The notes below the pieces were generated by a model, which worked only from the letters and a program-made list of their open reading frames with translations, was not told the origin of the DNA and searched no databases. From a virus: 64,000 bases of DNA. A program made the position numbers and the translations under genes. The stretch covers positions 96,001 through 160,000 of IMG/VR virus record IMGVR_UViG_3300045988_144812; one strand, given 5' to 3'. This document shows positions 18,081 through 26,905 of the stretch, piece after piece (the first letter of the stretch is position 1; every line of letters begins with the position of its first letter).

Positions 18081-18103
18081 TTTAGGAAAATCCTTTTGAG
18101 TAA

Positions 18104-18571
18104 TTAGTCTTTAATATTAAATGTTTGGATAAGAGTGGGGATGAGTCCTTTAGGATCATCTACAATACCGTTTCTAGAAACCAAATAACATTGATCACCA
18201 GAATGATAACGCCCAATATTAAATAAGAACCACTGAATAAGATTATCAGTAGTAATTAATTCAGGATAAAAAGTACTTGTTCTATCACCAGTGGAATAAC
18301 GAATAGTTTCTATTTTACAATATTCTTTTATAGAATTAGAATATAGTTTAATATATTTAGTGATATTATCTATTTTATTTTCTTTATCTTGTCCCTCGGC
18401 ATTTATCACGTTAGGGAAAATAATTTCAAAAGGACGCACTACAAGAAGAAACTTTATTACTTCTTCAGTAGTACATCCTGTTTCTGTTTTAAGAGATTCA
18501 ATCGCGTGTCTGACACAGTGTTTTAAACTAACGATTTTAACTTCGTCAGTAGAAATGGGTTCTTTTTTCAT
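18104..18571 (-). CDS. hypothetical protein (first gene of the nrdA transcription unit)
   Basis: 155-aa ORF with RBS aggaacaaatttagATG, 23 nt upstream of nrdA. No CxxC or flavodoxin motif. Confidence 0.7.
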   Translation of the reverse strand: MKKEPISTDEVKIVSLKHCVRHAIESLKTETGCTTEEVIKFLLVVRPFEIIFPNVINAEGQDKENKIDNITKYIKLYSNSIKEYCKIETIRYSTGDRTSTFYPELITTDNLIQWFLFNIGRYHSGDQCYLVSRNGIVDDPKGLIPTLIQTFNIKD

Positions 18572-18631
18572 CTAAATTTGTTCCTAAATTTGAGTGAGTC
18601 GGGTTTGGAAATTCATACACTTACCCTGTTT

Positions 18632-18657
18632 GATTTTTTATACTAATATGTGTAATA
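18632..18657 (+). promoter_or_regulatory. promoter-like box (variant sharing aTGTGTAATA with 51863-51890)
   Basis: gattttttatactaatatgtgtaata, 76 nt before ATG 18733. Confidence 0.35.
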
Positions 18658-18732
18658 AAAATATACAGACTGATAAATATATTGAATAATGACTTATTCA
18701 CTTTACTTACACGACTAATAAAGGAAATAAAA

Positions 18733-19185
18733 ATGGCAGTTAAAAAAGCCGATGTTGTAATGAATATCAAACATCTGTTAGAAGACCTGAAAGACGAAAT
18801 GGTGGCTTATTCTAGCTTACCAATGACTGACCTTAAACAACTTCAAAATGCTCTTCTGGAAGCTCGTGAAGCCATCCAGGATCGATATTATAAGAAGAAT
18901 GGTACTCGTGCCGAATCTCGTCTTCGTCCTATTGCATTCTATCGTAAGAATGAGGAAACAGTTACACGTATTGACAGCCATTCTATTATCCGTGATGGTG
19001 AACAATACAAATTATTCAACCATTTGTTAGATAAAGTAGAAACACCGAACATGTCTGGTAACTATCGCTTGAAAGATTCTACTGGTGGTGTAATTACACT
19101 GACACCTAAAACTCTAGAAGCTATTTACCATTACAACCATGTAATTGGTGATGGTAAACTTCCATTTTATAAAATGAAACGATAA
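18733..19185 (+). CDS. hypothetical protein (paralogue of 19705..20178)
   Basis: Start moved to ATG 18733 (aaaggaaataaaaATG). CGT/GGT-rich codon usage. C-terminal SGNYRLKDSTGGVITLTPKTL resembles SGNYSLVTTDGRVVTVRRHTI in the 19705 ORF. Confidence 0.7.
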   Translation: MAVKKADVVMNIKHLLEDLKDEMVAYSSLPMTDLKQLQNALLEAREAIQDRYYKKNGTRAESRLRPIAFYRKNEETVTRIDSHSIIRDGEQYKLFNHLLDKVETPNMSGNYRLKDSTGGVITLTPKTLEAIYHYNHVIGDGKLPFYKMKR

Positions 19186-19190
19186 CGTAC

Positions 19191-19219
19191 TCTACTCTAC
19201 CTTAAAAAGGTAGAGTAGA
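19191..19219 (+). terminator. hairpin terminator (CTCTAC family)
   Basis: tctactctacctt-aaa-aaggtagagtaga followed by ttattttatttt. Confidence 0.75.
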
Positions 19220-19224
19220 TTATT

Positions 19225-19252
19225 TTATTTTAAATACATATCATTAAAATGC
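19225..19252 (+). promoter_or_regulatory. class-I promoter-like box
   Basis: ttattttaaatacatatcattaaaatgc. After the terminator, 36 nt before ATG 19288. Confidence 0.55.
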
Positions 19253-19287
19253 TAATCCAGCACAGTAAACTTTTAAAGGACTTTAAA

Positions 19288-19635
19288 ATGAACGCTATTG
19301 AATTAGAAATTCACAATATCAAAATTACAGAAATCAATAACAAAATTCGTCGTATGCTTCAAAACATGAAGTATAACCACGAGATTAACATCTACACTGA
19401 TAAAGATGAAAATCTTAATTCACTTTACCATGTAATTGACTTAAGAGGTCATCAGTACGATCCTGCAGGTGAATTGTTCGTAAGTGAGATTATTGATAAT
19501 CCTAGTGTATGGTCTTACTTAAGCGAAGATATCATGGGTAGTAATCGTAAAAGTAATGGTAATGATTCCTATCTTATCAATATCTTTTTGGATGGTAAAC
19601 TTTATACTTATAACTTTTTGTTGGAATGGGAATAA
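19288..19635 (+). CDS. hypothetical protein
   Basis: Start moved to ATG 19288 (aaaggactttaaaATG). 115 aa. Confidence 0.65.
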   Translation: MNAIELEIHNIKITEINNKIRRMLQNMKYNHEINIYTDKDENLNSLYHVIDLRGHQYDPAGELFVSEIIDNPSVWSYLSEDIMGSNRKSNGNDSYLINIFLDGKLYTYNFLLEWE

Positions 19636-19704
19636 TCATGTATCCTACTGAATATGCTTGAAGTATGATATTTATTTTATAAAATAATTGAAAGGAATTA
19701 ATTA

Positions 19705-20178
19705 ATGCTGAAGTATATTGGTAAATTGTTTAAGAAATGGGGGAATAGACTAGATCCTGAAGAACGTAAAGTCATCGAGATTAAAACAGATAAGTTATTC
19801 TCTACTGTCTGTAAAGATTGCCAGCGAGTAATCGATGCGGAATCAGAAGAGGTTAAAGAAGATAAAGTTATCGAAACTCAAGATTCTGATGAGGAAGATG
19901 ACGATCATCGTACTTCCTATCCAGTTATTTATTTTAATCGTAAAGATGAATATCCTACAGAGTTTTCATTGTACGAGATCTTGGAAGATGATCATGGCGA
20001 AATTAGTGTAGTATTTGCCAGTGACAATTCTAAGAAAGCCAAGAAGACAAAATCAGGTAATTATTCATTAGTGACAACTGATGGACGAGTAGTAACTGTG
20101 CGTCGACACACTATTCTTAATATTGTGAAAACCCATAAAGAAACTGCGGGTCATCGTTACTACAGAAAACCTAATTAA
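19705..20178 (+). CDS. hypothetical protein (paralogue of 18733..19185)
   Basis: 157-aa ORF with RBS aaaggaattaattaATG. Acidic linker DSDEEDDD, then a shared C-terminal domain. Confidence 0.7.
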   Translation: MLKYIGKLFKKWGNRLDPEERKVIEIKTDKLFSTVCKDCQRVIDAESEEVKEDKVIETQDSDEEDDDHRTSYPVIYFNRKDEYPTEFSLYEILEDDHGEISVVFASDNSKKAKKTKSGNYSLVTTDGRVVTVRRHTILNIVKTHKETAGHRYYRKPN

Positions 20179-20182
20179 ATAG

Positions 20183-20212
20183 TACTCCTCTACCTAACAG
20201 GGTAGAGGAGTA
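20183..20212 (+). terminator. hairpin terminator (CTCTAC family)
   Basis: tactcctctacc-taacag-ggtagaggagta followed by ttgtttttttt. Confidence 0.8.
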
Positions 20213-20226
20213 TTGTTTTTTTTGTT

Positions 20227-20254
20227 TTATTTTAAATCTATATTATTAAAATGA
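20227..20254 (+). promoter_or_regulatory. class-I promoter-like box
   Basis: ttattttaaatctatattattaaaatga. After the terminator, 53 nt before ATG 20307. Confidence 0.55.
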
Positions 20255-20282
20255 ACCTCTTGAATTATTTCAAGATTTTATT

Positions 20283-20300
20283 CAAACTTTTATAAAGGAA
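20283..20300 (+). promoter_or_regulatory. class-II box
   Basis: caaacttttataaaggaa before ATG 20307. Confidence 0.45.
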
Positions 20301-20306
20301 TTGAAG

Positions 20307-20582
20307 ATGAAAAAGATTGTTAATGAAATCGTAGAATTGACTGTTGCGATTTTAGAAAACCAAGAAGACCTATACGGTAAAACTATTTATCAAATCGCTA
20401 ACTCGAACGATACATCTGATTTAGCTAAAATGATTAAGAAGTTGTATCTTAAGTTTAATAAGGTAAAAGACTATCTTGACGTTTCTGTATTTGTTCTGAT
20501 TAACCGTTTGATCAACCAAATGGACATCTCGGCATTTCCGTATGTAATAGCAGGGAAGGATTTATTTCTAAGATTTTCTTAA
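20307..20582 (+). CDS. hypothetical small protein
   Basis: Start moved to ATG 20307 (tataaaggaattgaagATG). 91 aa. Confidence 0.6.
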   Translation: MKKIVNEIVELTVAILENQEDLYGKTIYQIANSNDTSDLAKMIKKLYLKFNKVKDYLDVSVFVLINRLINQMDISAFPYVIAGKDLFLRFS

Positions 20583-20605
20583 CAGATAAAGGATTTAAAG
20601 CAGAA

Positions 20606-20791
20606 GTGTCGATGTGTCATTTTTCAATATTGAAAAACAGCCAAAACAACAAAGGTATTAACCCTGTTCTTCTTCCCTTCTATAGATCAGAAGAGAAGTT
20701 AGAGGGAAATGTTGATGAAAACTCTATTAAAACGATTAAAAGTTTAGTGGGTTTTTATATCATGGATAAATCTGAAGTGGAAGGATTGTGA
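20606..20791 (+). CDS. doubtful small ORF
   Basis: 61 aa with a GTG start and poorly spaced SD. Kept only because it fills the gap and abuts the next gene. Confidence 0.3.
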   Translation: MSMCHFSILKNSQNNKGINPVLLPFYRSEEKLEGNVDENSIKTIKSLVGFYIMDKSEVEGL

Positions 20792-20792
20792 A

Positions 20793-21314
20793 ATGAATAA
20801 AATTTTGAAACGTCGTGAAGTTGAATACAAACGTATTAAAAATATCAAACAACGTCAGAAATTCTTTATTGAATTAGGCCGAGTGAATAAAAGAACCATT
20901 AATGTTTCTTTTAAAGAACTTGATAGAGCAGCTTGCCATACCAACAAAGCCTGTAAAGTGATGAAGTCAATTAGTGAAGGTATTGGTGAAGTTATTGATA
21001 GCGCTGATAAATTCAATGATCGGTTTAGCAGAACGATCAAGGAATATGTTAAATTCGATAATGAATATTTCAATTTCTTAAGCGCGGGACATTCTTGTAC
21101 TTATAGGTCGTATCTTTCTGCAGCGCATTTTACTAGTGAAGATGTAGTAAAACAACTTCATGAAAAGCTTGAGCAATTAAGATATATTCGCAAAGAAATG
21201 AAGAAACATTACAATGAAGGTAATGTAGAAGAATTTCAGAACGCGTTAAAAAGAAAGAGTGCTCTCACGTTTGGTATAAACGCAATTAGTGGTGCTTATG
21301 GCACCGATAAGTAA
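20793..21314 (+). CDS. hypothetical protein (helical/coiled-coil-like)
   Basis: 173-aa ORF with RBS gaaggattgtgaaATG. Confidence 0.65.
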   Translation: MNKILKRREVEYKRIKNIKQRQKFFIELGRVNKRTINVSFKELDRAACHTNKACKVMKSISEGIGEVIDSADKFNDRFSRTIKEYVKFDNEYFNFLSAGHSCTYRSYLSAAHFTSEDVVKQLHEKLEQLRYIRKEMKKHYNEGNVEEFQNALKRKSALTFGINAISGAYGTDK

Positions 21315-21318
21315 GTGA

Positions 21319-21354
21319 TTAGAGACTCTAGGGAATATTCCCTAGAGTCTCTAA
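21319..21354 (+). terminator. hairpin (CTCTAG variant; same stem core as 1521-1556)
   Basis: ttagagactctagggaatattccctagagtctctaa. Confidence 0.55.
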
Positions 21355-21390
21355 TTATTATTGAGTACTAATTTTTTAAGGAGATTTTTT

Positions 21391-21744
21391 ATGGAAATCA
21401 ATGATTGGGATGAGTATCGTACTAATACTGGGATAATGTTTGCCGCATTAGAAAGTTGCATCCAGAGTTTAGTTAGAGCTAAAAATAATATCGTTATTAG
21501 TCGTACTGGTAATGTAGATGAAGGTAGAAAAGTACGAGTAGAGTTAATGAACTCGGCAGATATAGAAAATTATATCGAGTGCGTTAATTTTAGAAAAGAT
21601 GTACTGGATTATCTTAAGAAAGTGAAAAAGTATCTTCGCTTTGTTAATAAAAATTCCGTAAGAGAAGTATTTATTTTAGATGCTGGATTTGGACTGACAT
21701 GGTACGAATTCAATTACAATGAACATTTTAAGGAAATAAAATGA
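21391..21744 (+). CDS. hypothetical protein
   Basis: Start moved to ATG 21391 (aaggagattttttATG). 117 aa. Confidence 0.65.
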   Translation: MEINDWDEYRTNTGIMFAALESCIQSLVRAKNNIVISRTGNVDEGRKVRVELMNSADIENYIECVNFRKDVLDYLKKVKKYLRFVNKNSVREVFILDAGFGLTWYEFNYNEHFKEIK

Positions 21745-22523
21745 AACTAATGCAATATAAAATCGATCAAGCTAATGCTTTAGCCAGAGCTTTGTATACA
21801 ATTTTGAAAACAGCATCTACAGAAGAATATTACGGAAAAACATTAGAAGATATTCTTTTAGATAAAAGATTAAATATCGCTAAAACTTCTAATCTTTATC
21901 GTGTGTGTAATTTTTTAACATCTCGATTACAACATGTTAGAAGATTACCATCCAATCAAGTACTAGAAGTTATCGTAAAAGATATTTATTTCTATACTGC
22001 TCAGATGCTGGTTTATAAAATCACGAATCCAGAAAAATATCCTGAGATGAAATGGTTTATTCAAGCTTCTTATCGTTTAACCAATGAGGAGTATAATGAA
22101 TTTATCGATATTGTCAAATCAAGAATTGGTATTTTAAGTATTGCTAACGAGCTGCAGGCTACGTACTTAAACCGAAACAATCTGATTAATAAAGGCATTC
22201 CTATTTTCGATACGACTGGAATTATTGAGAATTATCTTGTTGATCCTTACTCAATGAAGCATCCTGGTTACAGTATTATTCGAAATAGTATTGTTACAGG
22301 TATTAATGTCTTTATGCCATCTATTGGTAAAGATATTGGCAAAGTAAATTTCATTTATCGTAAGGAAGGAAAGATTTACGCAAACATGATTCGTGATAAT
22401 GATATTAGCATTGCTGGATGTATGCTGATACCAAGATTTCTATTCTCGAATGGTAGGTCTAATAATTTATTTTCTTCATTCACTTGTATTTACGCATTCG
22501 ATTGCGTTAAGATAACTGATTAA
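21741..22523 (+). CDS. hypothetical protein
   Basis: 260-aa ORF with an ATGA overlap onto the previous gene. Confidence 0.7.
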   Translation: MKLMQYKIDQANALARALYTILKTASTEEYYGKTLEDILLDKRLNIAKTSNLYRVCNFLTSRLQHVRRLPSNQVLEVIVKDIYFYTAQMLVYKITNPEKYPEMKWFIQASYRLTNEEYNEFIDIVKSRIGILSIANELQATYLNRNNLINKGIPIFDTTGIIENYLVDPYSMKHPGYSIIRNSIVTGINVFMPSIGKDIGKVNFIYRKEGKIYANMIRDNDISIAGCMLIPRFLFSNGRSNNLFSSFTCIYAFDCVKITD

Positions 22524-22528
22524 TCAAT

Positions 22529-22545
22529 CTAACTACATAAAGGAA
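22529..22545 (+). promoter_or_regulatory. class-II box
   Basis: ctaactacataaaggaa before ATG 22552. Confidence 0.5.
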
Positions 22546-22551
22546 ATTAAC

Positions 22552-22956
22552 ATGGAAAGATATACGGATTATATCGACAAAATGTTGAAACCAACTATCA
22601 AAGGTGATTTTACTAATCAGTATAAAACATTAACTAATGCGATAATTAACTCAATGATGTTACAAGGAGATTATTTTATATTAGAGTGTAGTGCAATGAT
22701 AGGTATTACTCGCATTAATATTAAAATGATGAGTGAATCAGCATTCAGAAGATTTGAAGATTTGATTTTTCATTATTGGGATTATTTTCACTTTGCTAAA
22801 GAACATGATACTCAAGGCATGTCAATACACAAAGATTATAAAGAAGGAAAGATCATAGTACGTATCACGTCTGTTAATCAATATTCTAGAATCGAGTATC
22901 GAATCGAAGCAAATATTGAATTTTCACAAAAACTAATTAGTGTAAAAGGAAACTAA
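22552..22956 (+). CDS. hypothetical protein
   Basis: 134-aa ORF preceded by the ctaactacataaaggaa box. Confidence 0.7.
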   Translation: MERYTDYIDKMLKPTIKGDFTNQYKTLTNAIINSMMLQGDYFILECSAMIGITRINIKMMSESAFRRFEDLIFHYWDYFHFAKEHDTQGMSIHKDYKEGKIIVRITSVNQYSRIEYRIEANIEFSQKLISVKGN

Positions 22957-22957
22957 A

Positions 22958-23455
22958 ATGTTAACTACAAATTTATACATGTTTGTATTTAAGAAAAATG
23001 ACGAACATTTAGCAGCAATGGAATCTTATAAAGATTTCATTACTAAAAAAGAAATTATCATCTCTAAAGATGGGGTTGATGAACACTACTATGTTATTTA
23101 CTGTAATTTCGCAAATCCAATGTCTATTCTGAAAGATGACTCCCTATTCTCAATTTCTCTTGAAATGGATTATACGGCTAATGTCGTAGATCGACTTAAT
23201 GTGGATCTTAGATTTATCGACCTTATCAATAACAAGATCACGTCAGATATCGAGCAATTCTGTATTTTAGATGGTGATGATCGAATTCTTGTGGATATTA
23301 GTGATCTAGAAGGAAATAAAAAGATAGAAAAATTTGTTAGTGAACTGAATAAGTATTCATGTAAAGAATATATTCGTAAATCTAACAAAATGATTAGGAA
23401 TCTCGTTAATTCAGCAGATAACTTATTAGAAAAAGATGAAACAATTGTAGATTAA
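22958..23455 (+). CDS. hypothetical protein
   Basis: 165-aa ORF with RBS aaaggaaactaaaATG. Confidence 0.7.
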   Translation: MLTTNLYMFVFKKNDEHLAAMESYKDFITKKEIIISKDGVDEHYYVIYCNFANPMSILKDDSLFSISLEMDYTANVVDRLNVDLRFIDLINNKITSDIEQFCILDGDDRILVDISDLEGNKKIEKFVSELNKYSCKEYIRKSNKMIRNLVNSADNLLEKDETIVD

Positions 23456-23469
23456 TAGACTCTATAAAA

Positions 23470-23486
23470 CTAACTATATAAAGGAA
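23470..23486 (+). promoter_or_regulatory. class-II box
   Basis: ctaactatataaaggaa before ATG 23493. Confidence 0.5.
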
Positions 23487-23492
23487 TAGAAA

Positions 23493-24347
23493 ATGAACGA
23501 AAAATTTATTGAATTAAAAGATGACTTAAAAAACATACTGACTAAAGTCAGTAAAAGTCCAAGTTATTATTATAATAACTGGATTACTAAAATGATTAAT
23601 AATGGGAAAACCGCTAATAAAGATATCGTAAATATCTTTAAGCGCTGGACTGACCCATCTTTAACCAATACTCTTTCTGCCAAAAGGTATAAAGAGATAA
23701 CCGATATCAGTATCTTGAAACTATCTACATTATTAACCGATATGGGTAACAATGCAGATCTTGCATTATTTCTTTGTACTATTTACGATTGTGTTGATCA
23801 CATGGAGTATTTAATTGAATTGTATTCTAATGAATTTCAGCATCAGAAATTTAAAGAGCAATATGAAAAGCAAATTAAAGAAGAGACCAATTACGATCGT
23901 GGGATTCTGGTAGATGATAATTTAGGTTTAATCAAAGCAGTATTAGATAATCCTGATGCTGTAAAATCGATAAATCTAAAAGAACAAGTAAATACTTTGG
24001 TAAAAGAAGAGTGGTTTCCAATCTATATTGCTAACAAAGTGGCTGGTTATAAAAATACCGGATGGGTCAGGAATTATCTTGATTTAGGTAGTATCGGCTA
24101 TGTTTGCCGTCTGAAAGTATTGGACGGACAAGTCATGGCTGATGTATTTGGATATCCAGGTGAAGATGATGTACTATTTGAAAACAAATCCCATCCTAAC
24201 TATCACAAAGATCTTATTTTGCGACCAGTCTATATTGTTCAAGATGTGGGTATGGTTTCTAAAGTAGATCCAAGTCAGAAAGATAATATTGTTATCATTG
24301 GTGGATTTGATATATGCATCAATAAGAAAAAGAAAGCTGCTAAATAA
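23493..24347 (+). CDS. hypothetical protein
   Basis: 284-aa ORF preceded by the ctaactatataaaggaa box. Confidence 0.7.
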   Translation: MNEKFIELKDDLKNILTKVSKSPSYYYNNWITKMINNGKTANKDIVNIFKRWTDPSLTNTLSAKRYKEITDISILKLSTLLTDMGNNADLALFLCTIYDCVDHMEYLIELYSNEFQHQKFKEQYEKQIKEETNYDRGILVDDNLGLIKAVLDNPDAVKSINLKEQVNTLVKEEWFPIYIANKVAGYKNTGWVRNYLDLGSIGYVCRLKVLDGQVMADVFGYPGEDDVLFENKSHPNYHKDLILRPVYIVQDVGMVSKVDPSQKDNIVIIGGFDICINKKKKAAK

Positions 24348-24365
24348 AATAGCATAAAAATAAAA

Positions 24366-24395
24366 TCCTCTACTCCCGTAAAAAGGAGTAGAGGA
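24366..24395. terminator. bidirectional terminator (CTCTAC family) between 23493..24347(+) and the HNH gene(-)
   Basis: tcctctactcc-cgtaaaaa-ggagtagagga, T-rich on both flanks. Confidence 0.8.
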
Positions 24396-24454
24396 CTTAT
24401 TTTTTTTTTAGTAAGTTCAGTATTCTGCTACTAAAGAATCTTTTCTAAAGTACA

Positions 24455-25789
24455 TTACTTGAACTGTTGTCTAGGATAGTTATAACCAAGGTATAGATAT
24501 TCAGTATATCGACCTTTCCATTTTTTATATAATTCAGATTTAACAAATGAAACATAGTCGATAATAAGATAATGTTCAGTAACATAGAAACGATTAACTG
24601 CTACATTTCTTAAATTATCTCTAGATAAGTGTTTTAATTCATCTATTAGAGAAAGTTTAATTCTGGAATCAGGAAGCAGTATAATAGGAAATCCACTACC
24701 ATCTTTATTTAGAATAACATAAGTTCTACTACTCCAAGTAGTTGCTAATTCGTATACTGGATCTAACTTATCAGGCGTTTTCCATTCTGAAAAATCATCA
24801 ATTCTTTTAATCCGTTGCAGATTACTCAGAATAGGTTGATTTGTCTTCTCTAACATCTTCTTCAGACTAGATAAAGTAATCCCAGTTTCTTTATAGTAAT
24901 CAGTAAGACTACGATAAGTCTTCTCGATGAATTGATTGGTCTTATAATCAATTACAACGATAGGATGTACAATACCACCTCCTTTTTTAACATAGATAGT
25001 GGGTTTCTCAAACTCAGGATCCTCTAGATACTTTACCTGAGTATCGTCAGGCCACATAATCTTCATGTAGTTAGGATCATCTAACCTCTGCCCAATAGTA
25101 GTCTCGTGATAACCCATATATCTAGAAGCATCTATCATGGAATCAAAACTTCTTACTACTCCTCCTTCATTATGGAATTTAATCGATACTTTCTTAGTAG
25201 TCGTAATGAGATTATTTCTTACGGCATGGTGGACGTTTTCAGAATTGGTGATAACCTCTAGATTACACAAATCATTATTCTGTTTATTCCCATCAATGTG
25301 ATTAACAACATATCTTACTCCGTCAATACTATCAAGACCATTATGTTTAGTAACCTTAGCATAATCTTCAGGTCTAAATGTAGCTAGTAATAGGTGATGC
25401 ATTTTCTTAGTCTTTTTCTCCCCGTTATCACCTATTAAAGACAGTACCGTATAGCCATTTCTACCCACAACAGTTCCCATCAATTTATGGTATTTCTTAC
25501 CAAATATCCTACCATCTTTACTAATAAGATAACCAGTATATCCAGGTATTTCTTTAAATTCACTAAAGTCTAGATTCTGATACTCTAATTCTTTAAACAA
25601 TTTAGGAACAGTAATCCATTCTCTTGTATCTGGATCTAAATAGTTATTTCCAGTTATAAACTTATTTCTTATTGTAGAATAAACTTGTTTAGTTTTAGGA
25701 TTTAGCCAAACATAACGGCATCTCTTACTATTTATAAATCCCAATGATTCTAAATCTTCAACAGTATAAATTTTCTTAATAGGTTTCAT
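24455..25789 (-). CDS. free-standing HNH homing endonuclease (444 aa)
   Basis: HNH core VVNHIDGNKQNNDLCNLEVITNSENVHHAV. NUMOD4-like IPGYTGYLISKDGRIFGK upstream and a long C-terminal extension (probably DNA-binding). Sits between two terminators and outside any intron. Confidence 0.85.
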   Translation of the reverse strand: MKPIKKIYTVEDLESLGFINSKRCRYVWLNPKTKQVYSTIRNKFITGNNYLDPDTREWITVPKLFKELEYQNLDFSEFKEIPGYTGYLISKDGRIFGKKYHKLMGTVVGRNGYTVLSLIGDNGEKKTKKMHHLLLATFRPEDYAKVTKHNGLDSIDGVRYVVNHIDGNKQNNDLCNLEVITNSENVHHAVRNNLITTTKKVSIKFHNEGGVVRSFDSMIDASRYMGYHETTIGQRLDDPNYMKIMWPDDTQVKYLEDPEFEKPTIYVKKGGGIVHPIVVIDYKTNQFIEKTYRSLTDYYKETGITLSSLKKMLEKTNQPILSNLQRIKRIDDFSEWKTPDKLDPVYELATTWSSRTYVILNKDGSGFPIILLPDSRIKLSLIDELKHLSRDNLRNVAVNRFYVTEHYLIIDYVSFVKSELYKKWKGRYTEYLYLGYNYPRQQFK

Positions 25790-25829
25790 TTTAATAACTC
25801 TATGTCAAATAGGAGGACAAAAAAAGATA

Positions 25830-25863
25830 ATTACCACTACTCCATGGTAGGAGTAGTGGTAAT
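25830..25863 (-). terminator. terminator after the tube gene (CTAC family)
   Basis: On the minus strand: attaccactactcc-taccat-ggagtagtggtaat followed by tatctttttttg. Confidence 0.75.
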
Positions 25864-25962
25864 ATATCTAAACTTTAAAGTTTCACTACTTCATAAACAT
25901 ACCAATTTGCAAAAAACTACCAATAGGTATGTAAAGAAGCCTCGTAATTACGAGAGTATTAA

Positions 25963-26838
25963 TCATTTGAACTGTTGGCGCGAAATGTTTCGGACAGTTT
26001 CCCCAAATGACATCCTAGACGCGGCTACCATGCTATCGAGACCAATGTTGGAATGTATAGCTTCTTCATGATACGCATTCGCGTTGATTAATTTAATACT
26101 GTCAAGGAATTTTTGAGCAAAGAAGTCAACACCAGGACCGTAGTGATAAATACCAGTAAATTCAATTTGAATTTCACGAGTTTCAGAAGGGTTTTCTTTA
26201 TCGTGTTTGGCTTCATTATCACCAGAAGATTTAGGCCACATGTTGATACCGATCCATGATTGAACCACTTTAGTCATGGTTGCGTTAGGTTCGATAAACA
26301 ACATAGACATGGAATACATGTCAGGCATTGCATCGTAATCTTGAGTACCAGCTACTGTTGAAATGGAAGCATATTTAGTTTCCATATTCATCATCAGCAT
26401 TTCGATCCAGTAACGCATGTAGCGACCGATAGCCAAACCTGGACGTTCCCAGAAAGACATAGAAACGTTCAATGGATCTTCAGTCACGTTAGTGAATACT
26501 TCGTATTTTTGACCTGAACCACCAAATGCTTGGTTTTGGTCAGTGGCTACAGTGAGCTTGTGTCCCAAACCAGTAATACGGTGACGAATGGTTTCTACCA
26601 GGCTACGCAAGATAGCGATATGGACTTTACCATCAGGAAGAAGTTTAAAGCCAAGAGGAGCTTCCAAAAGAAAACTAATCAGCGGACGAGAAGTGTATGG
26701 AGTGTTATTAATCCAAGCAGCCCATTGTTTAGCATAACCGAAGTTACCACCCTCGATAAGACCTACAACAGGAGCCTGAATACCATCAGCAAAACCGCCC
26801 GTATTTTTAGACATAAAAACGGGTTCAATACGTGCCAT
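25963..26838 (-). CDS. putative tail tube protein
   Basis: 291-aa ORF immediately downstream of the sheath gene on the same strand, with strongly biased codon usage. Called from position and size only (phiKZ has sheath-then-tube order, as I recall). Confidence 0.5.
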   Translation of the reverse strand: MARIEPVFMSKNTGGFADGIQAPVVGLIEGGNFGYAKQWAAWINNTPYTSRPLISFLLEAPLGFKLLPDGKVHIAILRSLVETIRHRITGLGHKLTVATDQNQAFGGSGQKYEVFTNVTEDPLNVSMSFWERPGLAIGRYMRYWIEMLMMNMETKYASISTVAGTQDYDAMPDMYSMSMLFIEPNATMTKVVQSWIGINMWPKSSGDNEAKHDKENPSETREIQIEFTGIYHYGPGVDFFAQKFLDSIKLINANAYHEEAIHSNIGLDSMVAASRMSFGETVRNISRQQFK

Positions 26839-26873
26839 TTTTATTTTTACCTTTTAAAATTTTGAAATAAAAT

Positions 26874-26895
26874 AGGGGTTAAATAAATAACCCCT
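26874..26895 (-). terminator. intergenic hairpin/attenuator between the sheath and tube genes
   Basis: On the minus strand: aggggtta-tttatt-taacccct followed by attttatttc. Confidence 0.45.
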
Positions 26896-26905
26896 AGTTA
26901 TAGAC

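Noticed and set aside
20307-22523. Shared YGKT-containing N-terminal segment between the 20307 and 21741 ORFs (LYGKTIYQI / YYGKTLEDI), considered as a paralogue family or P-loop.
   Set aside because: The match is too short. It is not a Walker A context (no GxxxxGKT), so it could be chance.
25802-26071. Plus-strand 89-aa ORF spanning the tube-gene terminator and the tube 3' end.
   Set aside because: It runs through a terminator hairpin, overlaps a better-supported minus gene, and has no RBS.
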